Origin: Squalus acanthias
Taxonomy: Eukaryota
Assembly: GCA_030390025.1 (NCBI GenBank)
Contig: CM059432.1
Coordinates: 125,304,001-125,368,000 of the forward strand
Length of the DNA stretch: 64,000 nucleotides
Direction: 5' to 3'
Positions 40,051 to 51,543 of this stretch are shown here, one piece after another; position 1 is the first letter of the stretch, and each line of letters begins with the position of its first letter. The notes under the pieces were generated by a model, which saw only the letters and a program-made list of their open reading frames with translations, made no database searches and was not told where the DNA came from. A program made the position numbers and the translations under genes.

Positions 40051-40489
40051 AGAAAGACTTGCATTTCTACAGTGCCTTTCACGACCACCGGACGTCCCAA
40101 AACGCTTTACAGCCAATGAAGTACTTTTGAAATGTAGTCACTGTTATAATGTAGGAAATGCGGCAGCCAATTTGTGCACAGCAATCTCCCACAAACAGCA
40201 ATGTGATAATGACCAGATAATATGTTTTTGTTATGTTGATTGAGGGATAAATATTGGCCAGGACCTGCTCTTCTTCGAAATAGTGCCATGGGATCTTTTA
40301 CGTACATTTGTGAGAGCATACAGAGCCTTGGTTTAACAGCTCATCCGAAAGACGGCACCTCCGACAGTGCAGCACTCCCTCAGCACTGCACTGGAGTGTC
40401 AGCCTAGATTTTTGTGCTCAAATCTCTGGAGTGGGACTTGAACCCACAACCTTCTGACTGAGAGGAGAGCGTGCTACCCACTGAGACAC
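40051..40489 (-). mobile_element. Deu-domain SINE copy
   Basis: Near full-length reverse-complement match. Confidence 0.88.
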
Positions 40490-40767
40490 TTCTAACATAA
40501 TTAAAGCAACGTAATTAAAACAGTATTTGCCTTTATCAAAAAGTTGAAGATAATTCAAACTAAGCGGCACCGAATTAAAAGGAGACTGCATTTCCTATTC
40601 AGTTCTATGGTACTGATGCATTTTTGTGTTTTAAGACCCGCTTATGACTTTATTACCCTGGACAAAATTGCAAAGTATCTGATAGCTCATCATATTGTTC
40701 AAAATTTGTGTGGTGATGCACAAGACCAAAAAATTCACCTAAAAGACACTAAAAGTTATTCACATGT

Positions 40768-41773
40768 GGATTGGTTAATGGACAGAAATCAGAGAATAGG
40801 AATAACCAGGTCATTTTCGGGATGGCATCGTGTTACTAGTGGGGTGCCGCAAGGATCAGTGCTTGGGCCTCAGTTATTTACAATCTATACTAATGAATTA
40901 GATGAAGGGACCGAGTGTAATACATCCAAGTTTGCTGATGATACAAAGCTAGGTGGGAAAGTAAGCTGTAAGGAGGATGCAAAGGGATATAGACAGGTTA
41001 AGTGATTGGGCAAGAAGGTGGGAGATGGAGTATAATGTGGGGAGGTGTGAAATTATCCACTTTCATAGGAAGAATGGAAAAGCAGAATATTTTTTAAAAG
41101 GTGAGAGACTAGTAAATGTTGGCAGAGGGATTTGGGTGTTCTTGTACACGAATCACAGAAAGTTAACATGCAGGTACAGCAAAATTAGGAAGGCAAATGG
41201 TATGTTAGCCTTTATTGCAAGGGGGTTGGCATAAAAGAGTTAACCAAGTCTTGCTGTAATTATATAGGGTTTTGATGAGTCCACACCTGGAGTACTGTGT
41301 ACAGTTTCAGTCTCCGTACCTAAGGAAGGATATACTTGCCTTAAAGGGGGTGCAACGAAGGTTCACCAGATTGATTCCTGGGATGAGGGGGCTGTCCTAG
41401 GAGCATAGATTTAGAATGGGCCTCTACTCTCTGGAGTTTAGCAGAATGAGAGGTGATCTCATTGAAACATACAGAATTCTTAGAGGGCTTGACAGGGTAG
41501 ATACTGAGAGGCTGTTTCCCCAGTTTGGATGAGGAGAAATTTCTTCACTCAAAGGGTTGTAAATCTTTGGAATTCTCTACCTAGAGGGCTGTGGATACTC
41601 AGTCGATGAGTATATTCAAGACCGAGATCAATAGAATGTTGGGCACTAAGGGAATCAAGGGACATGGGGATAGGGTGGGAAAGTGGAGTTGATGTAGAAA
41701 TTCAGCCCTGATTATATTGAATGGCGGAACAGGCTCGATGGGCCATACGCCTGCTCCTATTTCTTATGTTCTT
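40768..41773 (+). mobile_element. CR1 LINE 3' fragment
   Basis: VTSGVPQGSVLGPQLFTIY...SKFADDTKLGG, frameshifted, ending in the CR1 tail. Confidence 0.92.
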
Positions 41774-43199
41774 ACAGCCTTCAGTACAGAAAAAACTGCA
41801 TTGAGTATTTGCTATTCCACCTCCAAAGAGGCCATAAGAATACACCTCTTTCATTAACCTCCCTCCTTTCCACCAACTGCCATCTGAGAAGATGCTGAAA
41901 CATCTCCATTACTCACAACAGTTTCTCAACTACAGATGAAGTGAACAAATCACATCCGTACAGTGAGAGCTGACTAGTTACCTGGTTTCAACTTTTTCTA
42001 GAACTGATTGAAACAAGATAGTTACCAGTCGCAACCAGCTTGACTTCCTTGCGACTGTTGCTAAAGGCTTTTGGCAGACTGGTGTAAAGTTTTACAGACA
42101 TTACAGAGGTGCTAAAATATTTGTACCATCAATGGTGCTACTGTAATACTGTGAACTCTCACCTGCCAAATGTATAAGGCTGCTAACAAACACTGCAGTT
42201 TATGGACCACAGCACAAAAGGACACAGATACTTGAAGCACGTCAGTCTCACCCCCATCCACCCCCTCATTCTCAACTATAATCTGTCATGCACAGAACCT
42301 AGTATAATTATGGAAACATAACTTCAGGGCAGGGAACACACCCAATTGCCTTGCATGGACATGCATTTTTCTGCTCTTCATGGTGCTAGAACCGGAACTG
42401 ATATTTGATAACTCACAGGTCATGTTAGAAAAATTACTTTAAATAATTACATTTAAATATTAAATACCAGATTCATGTTACCTTGCTCAGTGTCACCTAC
42501 TTTATTCACAACTTTGTTACTCCCAGTTACAAAGTCACAGGGAAATATAAAATCAGTACGTTGCTGTAACCAGTCGTGCAATCTTATCCCACTCTGTCCC
42601 TTTTTTTCTCCTTCATTTATTTAATTCACATTTTTGCTTTAGTCTTTCCTTCCTTCCTTACAATTTTCTCTCCTTCCTGCTCCTCTCGAAGTTGGCAATG
42701 CATACTGGAGAATGGTTTCATAGGCATGCGAGCCATGCAGTACTACAACCCTCCCTCATGTGTAAGCCTGGCAATGATTGTCCAACAGGATATTCAACTG
42801 TACAGGGCCACCTCGGCCAAGTCCAATTCTGCCCTCACCTTTGCATTTCCTATCACCGGAAAGCAATCATGACCAGAATTTGGACCAAGGAATAATTTTT
42901 CCTCCATTACTTCAAGCAATTAGGCCAATTTTAATGCCTCCACTGCCATTAACGAGATCCAGAAAGGCTGATGTCAAACCTGGAGACCTCCCTGGCCTGA
43001 AATGGCTCAATAGTAGCCAAATGGCAAATATACTCACTGAAGTATTACAGCTTTTTTTAAAATCATACAATGCTGTCCAATAACCCTTGGGGACCTTTTC
43101 TCAAGTATCTTGTGGCCGCAAGCATGCATTTGAAAAGAGAGAACCTGTAAATGGTCTAGCAATGTCCGCACAAGGTATTGAATTTGATGCCTGTTAACA

Positions 43200-43610
43200 C
43201 TGTTCTCCTTTGAACAGAGAAGGTTAAGAGGTGATCTATAAGAGTTTTGCCAAGATGATGAGAGGTTTTGATAGACTAGATAGAGAAAAACTATTCCCTC
43301 TGGTGAGTGGGTCAATAGCCAGAGGTCATAGATTTAAAATCATTGGCAAAAGATCTAGAGGGGAGATGAGGAGAATTTTTTTCACTCGCAGAGTGTTGTC
43401 GGGATCTGGAACGCGCTACCTGAAAAGGTGGTGGAAGCTGATTCCATAAATAATTGTAAAAGGGAGTTGGACAGGTACTCGAGGATGAGAAACTTACAGG
43501 GGTACGGACAAAAAACGGGGGTGTAGGACTAAGCTTGACTGCTCTTTCTAAGAGCCAGCACAGGCACGACTGGTCGAATGACCTCCTTCTGTGCTGTAAG
43601 ATTCTATTTC
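43200..43610 (+). mobile_element. CR1 LINE 3' fragment
   Basis: KMMRGFDRLDREKLFPLV...RGHRFK and 3' UTR. Confidence 0.88.
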
Positions 43611-44899
43611 TACATCACATCTCATCATATTAGCTGGCATTATATTGAATGCACAGAGCTAAGTTTTTCTTTTCACAATATTTTGCGTCAACCGAAGGAT
43701 ACTATGTTTGACTTTGCTGTGCGATGCCTTTTTTTGTATCTTATCTGAAAACTAACAAAAATAAATGCTTTTTGTTACATAGACTGTCGCCAGAAAAATT
43801 CATCTCGACAAGGAAGATAAAAAAAAAAGAAAAAATCCGTGTCTATCTGGAAAACATTGCTTAATTCAAAAAAGGATAACAATTTGGTGAGTCTACACTT
43901 TGCACAAAAACTCAGCCACCTTAAAAAAACAACTTGGAGAAGTACGATAGGAAGTTTGCCATATCCATTCCAGACATCTGGATTAGTTATTAGACAAACT
44001 CTTCCTCCCTCTTCTAGAATCAAACACAGATCCTCACCCAGCCACCCCCCGCAAAAAAACTGTAATACTTCACAACTCACTGCCAAAGCCCTTAGACCTG
44101 TAGTCACTTGCTTTTAGCGTCAGTGCCACATCCCTTTGGGCATTGACCCAATGCCAAAAATGCAGTATACAACATGCAAATGCACATCACTGATGAAATT
44201 TGCATTGCAATGAGACTACTTGGAAGTGGAATGGATGGATGGAAGTGGTATGAAAGCCAGCCAAAAAAGATAAGCTTTCAAAGTAAAAATAGTTTAACTG
44301 TGTCACATTCAGCAAGTTGTGCATATCTACTTTAATAAAGTAAAACTCATTTTAATGCAGATAGCAAACTTAGAAAAATAAATCACACTTTCTGACTTTA
44401 CAATAGGCCAAGTGTACTTTTCCCTTCTAAACCATGAGCTTCAGAATCGTTGCAACAGTCTAACATGCTACATGTTATTTAACACAAATAAATCACACTC
44501 CCACGACACATTGAACTCAAATCTTTAAAACTAAACCATGTGATTCGAAAGACATTTACGGTTTGCCAAAAGCAACAGATCATTGGTGGAAAATGTAAAC
44601 ATTCTGCTCGAACTTCGACCCATGCAGTCTCTAGTTTTGTTCCCAAGACTTTTTTCTGAAGACAAGGGGGAGAAAAAACAACCGATCTTGTGTTTCAGGC
44701 GCTGCAAACATTGGGAAAGTAAACACCTTCGACCCAAAAAAGAGTTCATTAACAAAGCAAAAAGAACACTCCAGTTAATAGTCCATGATTGATTCCTTAC
44801 AACATCTGTTTTTACTTTACCTATTGTTAAGAGCAATGCAAGAGCAGGCAGCAGAGAGGGGAAGAGAAAAGGAAGATCTGGAGGCTGCAGCCTGAGTAC

Positions 44900-45550
44900 A
44901 GTGCCCGGGGGGGGGAGCGAGAGGGGTTGCACCCGAGCGGGGCTGAATTCTCTCTCTCGGACCCGGATTGTAATGAGCCGGACACCAACCACCAAGAAGC
45001 GCAAGTTCACCCCAGGCCGGCGAGGGAGAGAAAGACGGGCTCAAACCCAAGACAACAGGCCACGGAGCTCACCTCAGGCCCCGACACGGAGATATCCCCT
45101 CACCGCCACCTCAAATCCCTCACCAACCTACACTCGCTCCCCCGGATCCCCCGCACTCACCAACTGTCGCCCTCCGCCGCCACTCGGAGACTTGCCACCG
45201 ACTCGGCAGTTCCATGGAATCGTCCCCTCCCCCCCCGGAGAGCCCGCGCTCCGGCCCCGCCCACTCCACTCCGCCCCGCCTGCTAACGCATGCGCCCCCC
45301 CCCTCCTCGCCGCGTCACCGCCGCACCCTGCGACTGGCCGCACGTGACGTCAGCCTGCCTGCCAGCACAACGTTCCAAGAAGCCGCGGCAACGCCCACCT
45401 GAGCCCTTGCTCGGAACGAGGAGGGTTGTCCCAGCCAGCTGCTGATTTGCATAGGTGCCGCTCACGCACATTTCGCGAAAAGACGTTCCCGGCCGAACGT
45501 GTTCCGTCTGGCTTTTGCTCATCGGCGAGGAATCCGAAGCTGTAAAAGCA
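44900..45550 (-). promoter_or_regulatory. RNF19A: CpG-island promoter and probable non-coding exon 1 of RNF19A
   Basis: Strongly GC/CpG-rich non-repeat sequence. It holds GC boxes (45255-45277), NRF1-like ACGCATGCGC (45286-45295), overlapping E-box/CRE CACGTGACGTCA (45341-45352), octamer ATTTGCAT (45445-45452) and palindrome TTTCGCGAAA (45471-45480). Minus-strand donors: TTG|GTGAGT at 45161/45160 and GAG|GTGAGC at 45073/45072. Confidence 0.75.
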
Positions 45551-48500
45551 GGGGAGGGGCAATCTTAGAAGCGGCATAGACTGCAATTTTTTAATATATA
45601 AATGGAGCTGGCCTGATTTTTATCAAGATTAACGCGCATTTTATTATTAGTCACTTTTTTTAACTAGGACAAGTATGATGAACGAAGAGTCCCAAATGGA
45701 GGATTTGAGGGTTTATTCCTTAAATGTTAACCTGTCGTTTCACTTTGCATTTCCAGCAGTGTCTGTTTTTTTTAATTTTAGGTAGCTGACATTTGCAAAC
45801 GAAAAAAACTTGCATTTATATAGTGCCGTTTAGGACCTCAGAACATCCCAAAGTTAATTAAGTACTTTTTGAAGTGTAGTCACTGTTGTAATGTAGGAAT
45901 TTGCAGGGATTTTTGAGTATAATAATCAATATGAGGGGCATACATGGTGGGCTGGATAAACTTTGAAGAGACATTATCTGCTGTATTTGGTTTCATAATT
46001 GTCAACTAATTGCAAATAGGGTATGTCACATCTGAGATCCTAGTTCCTCCCTGCCCCACCTCCAGCCCCTACCTGTCTAGTTTAAATTAATTTCTATTGT
46101 CTAAATGTTCCTTGCAAGTCTCTTTGTCCCTACTTGGTTTAAGTGTAACCCATCTCTCCTGTACCAGTCCTCTTTATTCTGGAAGGATTTCCAGTTCTTT
46201 GAGAATAACATTGTTGTTCTTATGCCATACTGCCAGCCACTTGTTTATCTCCTCAATTCTCTTGGTGCACTCTCCTTTCCCAAAGTTATAACATTAACTA
46301 ATCTGGGTAGAGATCACTAATGCTGAAAACAAATTAAAGCCAACACTAGGGATATGCTATGGTATAGAACACCAGGTCAGCATAAGAAGGAGGAGAATGT
46401 GTCAATGAAGAGAGAGGAAGGATATGTGAGAACAGAAAGTTATTTTAATGGGAGACTTCAATTAACCAAATATAAATGGGAGAAGTTGTTTAGAGTCAGA
46501 GTTGGAAGATGTAGTGCATGACTGCTTCTTGACCTAATGTCAAGGAAACCATGAGAGGAAATGCCCATTTGATCTGGTACTTTTCATGACCCAAGAAATG
46601 GAAGTTGTAGCAATCCTTGGGCTCAGCAATCACAAAATAATAAAGTTTAACATGATCTGGGAGTCAGAAATATCTACAGCCAGGAGCCATAATGTTAAAC
46701 TGGCATAATTCAATGAAATGAGGAAACAACTAAAATCAATAAATTGGGAAAGATTGTTTGACAACAGTTGTTCAGTAGAATACAAGTGGAACACCTTTAA
46801 AGGTATATTGCTGAGCATGCAAGATAAATACATTCCTAAATCCAACAAGTTCTGACAAAGCAAGCATAACCCTAAATGGATTTAAAAAAAATTAACAGTG
46901 AGATAAAGAGAAAAAATGACATGTATAAATCCTGCACAAAGAAAGGAGATAGGGGGCTGCTGGGATGAATGCAAGACATTGCATAAATGTTAAAAAGGTA
47001 ATCAGAGAGGTAAAGAGAAACTGGAAAAAAACATAACAGCTAAGGCTAAGCATAACAGTAAAAAGATATTTCAGTACCACAACAGCAAGAAGGGCAATCA
47101 GAGAAGAGGTAAAAACCCATAAGATGGGCTTGAAACTGAAGTTGAGCACAAAATAGTAAATATTCTGAATGAATATTTCCACCAAGTATTCACCAAACAA
47201 AGATATGCCAAATAAAATCAATAACTTTGTTATAAATGAGATGGCTAAATGGGCTCAAAACAAATAAATCCATTGTGATAAATGGTATTTATCTCAGAGT
47301 GCTGAAAGAGACTCGGGAAGAAATTTATGAAGCACTGTCAATTACTGTAATGGAGTCATTAGACACAGAGGAGGTACCATGAGACTGGAAACAAGCTAAT
47401 GTAGTGCCCATGTTCAAAAAGGGTGACAAAATGGATACAGGCAACTACAGACCTATTTGTCTGCCGTTCTGTATAAATGGAATTGATTATCAGGAGTAAA
47501 CTTGAGGATCATCTGTACAACAACAACCTAGTTAACAGCAGTCAGCATGTATTCAGAAGGGGAAGATCTTGCCTGATCAATATTTTTAACTTCTTTGAGG
47601 AAGTGACAAACCAAGTGGACTGTGGTAAGCCCTGTGCATCGTGACTTCCAAAAGGCTATTGACAAAATTCCATACAAAATGCTATTAATTAAACTCAAAG
47701 CTGTGAGGATTCAGGGTAAACCCTAGGAATGGATAAGAAACTGGTTGAAGGGTAGGAAACAATAAGCACTCATTAGAGGGGTTATGTCAGAATGGGGTTG
47801 GGGGGGAGGTGCTGAGTGGGTTGCCTCAGCTCCGTGCTGGGACAACTATACTTTTTACTTTACATAAAAACTTTGTTTCAGAAACTCAGTGCAAAGTGGT
47901 CAAATTTGCAGATGATACTAAATTGGAGGAGCAGTGGAAGAGACAGCTCAGAAATTACAGAATGAGTTGGACAAGATATGAAAGTGGGCAGAACAATCGC
48001 AGATGAAATTTAATGCAGACAAAGTAAAGTGGTACAGATAGGAAGACAAAATAGACCGACAGGCGTATTCCATGAATGGTGGTGAAATAGCTATGGATGA
48101 AGCTTAATGAGACCTCGGGGTCTTAGTAGACTTGACGGGCTGGATTTTCATAGGGCCGTTGAGGTGGGATTGGAGGTGTGTGGGGGGTTAAATTTGGAAA
48201 AAATGGCGGGCGGGCCCGATCCCGCACCCATCCCGCCTCCGCCGAATTTTCCCAGGTGCGCGTTTTCAGATCCAGTTCCCGACCCGCCTCCAAGAGGCGG
48301 GATAGGCCCTTAAGGCCATTGACAAGCTCCTAATTGGCTCCATAATGCCATTTTCACAGACCTTTCGGATTTTTACCGGTTTTCCACGTGATGCACGCCT
48401 CCTCTGAAACACAACGGTGAAACCTGGCGGGTACACATTTGGCTTGCTGGCTTTCAGCTGCAGCTCCACCATTAAAGAGTAGTTTGGAGCAATCATCATT

Positions 48501-48665
48501 TGCAGGTGGCAGAACTTAGTTGTTTCAGGTCTGGGGAAACTTTAGCAGGCCTACTCATTGTTGTGGAAGTTTGGAGCCTGACACCCATCTCCAGTGTGAG
48601 CTCCTGGAAAACCCCTCACCCCACCCTGACTCAGCGCTTCCTCAACTGAGGCATCTACCAGAAGA

Positions 48666-48833
48666 ATGGGAACCATTCGGTTCCTTTCCCCCTGGACATC
48701 AGATGAGGACGAGGAGGAGGAGGAGAGAGAAAACGAACATCTGGCAGAGGCGCATCAACCAGCGGCGGCAATACGCGAGACCATTGCTGGCCGGGACGCA
48801 AGGAACGCACTCATCTTGGCCAGATTTGCCTAG
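48666..48833 (+). pseudogene. Vestigial Harbinger transposase mini-ORF (55 aa; DDE domain absent)
   Basis: MGTIRFLSPWTSDEDEEEEERENEHLAEAHQPAAAIRETIAGRDARNALILARFA*. An acidic tract followed by G-x2-AR-x2-LI-x3-F resembles the C-terminus of HARBI1/Harbinger transposases. ATTAAA at 49052-49057. Confidence 0.65.
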
Positions 48834-49090
48834 CCTAGCCAAGCAACCACTTGTGCCTCGCAGCTTCTTGCCACAGCATCGTTAATGGCCAGGACCCATC
48901 GTCTTCCTAGCACTCTGACCATCATTCTGACAACTGCTACTCCTCCTAAGCACGCAATGTGGAAGTCCCAATAGCGAGATGACACAGGCCACAACTGCAG
49001 CAGTAGCCATCAGATTTTTTATTTACAGGAAGCTACTGATGGCTTATCACAATTAAACATAACATTTCACCCAAGTGACAAACCTTGTGA

Positions 49091-50115
49091 CTATTTGTGC
49101 AGTTTCTTTCTCTTACGCGTGCTTCTACGTGGTGGTTCCCCCTTGGCATCAGCAGATGTGGAGGCCCCTTGCTCACTCTGTTGCTGCTCCTGTCTCAACA
49201 CCTTGGGCGGGCGTCCTCTGGGGTGCCGAGCCTGTAAGGGCTCGCCAACAGTCTGCTGCTCCTGCGGCTGTGCAGGGGTTGAGACGCCGATCTCAGTTGG
49301 GTGTGGACTCTGGTGGGGCTCTGACCGAGAACTTGTCAGTGGCATGGAAGTGTGAGCGCTTGGAGAGGAGCCCCCACTTCCTTGTTCTCTGCCACCATCA
49401 TCCCTCTCATGGGTCAGGCCCACCTCAACGCTTGCAAGTGGCTTGAGAGCACCTTGCTGCACATCAGGGGGGCCATGGGGACCCGTATCTGCACTGGCAG
49501 TCCTACTCAGAAGGACTTCCATGAAGGTCTGGTTTCTCTGTTCAATAGATGTCCATCGCTCCTCCAGAGATGTCATTCTATTCAGAACACTCACCATGTT
49601 TTCTGCACTCTGGCGACTTATCACCTCCATGGAGGTTGCCATCCTTTCCATGGTGATGCGTTCATGCGCCAATGACTCCACAAAGGCTCTGCTCATGTTC
49701 GCAATGGACTCCTCCATTCGCTCCACACTCGCAGCGACCCTGGAGACAAAACCTGCCAGAGACTCCTGCATCTGTTCCTGGAGTTCCAGCACCACTGATC
49801 TTGTGGATGGACCCAGAGGCAGAGGGTCGACATGCAGCTGAGCCAAGCTGGGAGAGTCCTGCGCCCTCCGACGAGGACTCTCCACTGCTTTCCCTGTCTC
49901 CACCATCTGCTGAGGCTCACTTGTGAGCTGTGATATACCAGGTGACAACACTACTCTATCTCGCGAGGGTCCCACCGAGGTGTGAGTCTCTGCGCTGGTG
50001 CTGGCCTGGCTGAATTGTGCTGACGCTGCGCCCTCAGAGGTTTCAGCTTCCTCTGAGGAGTCTTGAGCCTCAGGCTGTTCCTCCTGGATGGTGGGGATGG
50101 GTGCTTGCGATGGTC
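49091..50115 (-). CDS. Harbinger Myb/SANT-like protein, exon 3 (low-complexity, coiled-coil, AT-hook-like, basic C-terminus)
   Basis: Acceptor TTTTTCCTTTACTCCCCCACAG|GA keeps the frame. 1025 nt to TAG. The spliced total is 1425 nt = 474 aa. Minus-strand AATAAA at 49018-49023. Confidence 0.8.
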
Positions 50116-50271
50116 CTGTGGGGGAGTAAAGGAAAAAGTCAGAGATGTGAGGCCAAGGTGACATGCACAGTGCATATTGCAGATGATCATAAGTCCAGCT
50201 GTTAGAGCTTCAGAATCATTATCAGCGACTCATGCAATGTCAATGAGAGAGATGAACAACTATTCTGTCAC

Positions 50272-50431
50272 CGGCTTGCTCTGCTGCACCCGTCTGCCCA
50301 TCCCCCACTTGCGCATCATCATCGAGTCCCACGATCTCCAGGGCCGCCTCCTCCCAGGTGGTGAGCTGGGCTACTGAGGGTGGCCCTCCTCCTGTCCTCG
50401 CTCTTTCGCGCTTATTGTGAGCTCTCTTTTC
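50272..50431 (-). CDS. Harbinger Myb/SANT-like protein, exon 2
   Basis: Acceptor TTGCAG|GAA. Encodes EKRAHNKRERARTGGGPPSVAQLTTWEE..., where TGGGPP is typical of Harbinger Myb proteins. 160 nt, donor CCG|GTGACA, phase 1. Confidence 0.82.
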
Positions 50432-50774
50432 CTGCAATGAGGGAGACAAGTGGAGTTTGAGTGAGAATGAAGGAGAGAGTTTATAGAATCCATCTCATAG
50501 ATGCTTATAAGGAGGCAAAGATGGAATGAGGTGGCAAGACCAAGGGCCCATCCTGTGTGTTGTAAGTTGTTTGCATAGCATGACAGTGATAGGGAGTGTG
50601 AGGGCTGCATAGTGGAATAGTTAGGTGAATGTGACCATAGAGAGAGAGGGAATGGGTAAGGGTGCAGGGATGTCAGTGTCAAGTGGGATGTGGAGGAAGA
50701 GGTTGTTAAAGCTGAGTGCTGGTGAGGAGAGGCAAAGGGCATCAGATTGAGGGTGATGGGAAAGTCATACTCAC

Positions 50775-51014
50775 TTTTCCATTGTGCACAAGGTCATGAA
50801 ATCTTTTGCGGCATTGAATCCAAGATCTGTTGATCAAGGATAGAGAAGTCACCTCCTGGGCCACCTGGAGCCACACAGCCTTTGTTTGCTGAGGAGGCTT
50901 CTTTCTCCCTGAAGAAGGGAAGAGCACCTCCTTATGATTTCTTGCTCCATCTATCAGGGCTTGCAGGGCGGCGTCCTCGAATCTTGGAGCAGACTTGGGT
51001 TTGTTGGTACACAT
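50775..51014 (-). CDS. Harbinger Myb/SANT-like (trihelix, NAIF1/MSANTD-like) protein, exon 1
   Basis: MCTNKPKSAPRFEDAALQALIDG...KAVWLQVAQEV...RSWIQCRKRFHDL is a Myb/SANT-like pattern. 240 nt, donor AAA|GTGAGT, phase 0. Confidence 0.88.
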
Positions 51015-51543
51015 GATGCCTCCAGGTCAATGTAGGAACAAAGGCCAGAAGGTTGGCAGTCTGCAAAGGAAGCAAGGCCTCTTGCAGACCTTAAAAGCAG
51101 CAGCAATGATGACGTCATCAGAGGCGACTTTCAGACTGGAAAAGCTAATTGGGCCAGGGGTTCCCACACACTGGAACTCAATTGCCCATTCAGGGGAAAC
51201 TCGTGTTTGTTACACACATCTCATGAGAGTCGTGTGGATAACATGGAATTCGGATAACACGACCACAACCCGCCCCAGTATCAAAATCCAGCCCACGATG
51301 TCCGACCAATGCAGAGCAGCAATCAACAAAGCGATAGGATGTTGAATTACATAGCCAAAACATTACAAAAAAGGTCAGAGAAAGTAATGGTCAAACGTTA
51401 CAGTGCTCGAGTCAGGCCACACCTTGAATATTGCATCCGGTTCTGGTTGCCAAGAAACAGGAGACATTCAAGCACAGGAGGGAGTGCAGAGATGAATCAC
51501 GAGGCCAAACCCTATTGTCAGGAGTATGAGTTATGATAAAAGG

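Larger units (their letters stand above)
48137..51294. mobile_element. Non-autonomous PIF/Harbinger DNA transposon (intact Myb/SANT gene, deleted transposase) nested in a CR1 LINE
   Basis: TIRs GGGCTGGATTTTCATA and TATCAAAATCCAGCCC (15/16 match). Short flanking duplication AC. It interrupts CR1 RT sequence, which resumes after 51294. Two convergent ORFs, as is typical of Harbinger elements. Confidence 0.9.

Noticed and set aside
44901..45347. 148-aa Pro/Arg-rich ORF and overlapping ORFs
   Set aside because: Expected by-product of a GC-rich CpG island, with no recognisable domain.
49091..50164. Stand-alone 357-aa gene as listed in the ORF track
   Set aside because: Its first residues are an intronic pyrimidine tract. 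It is better explained as exon 3 of the spliced Myb gene.
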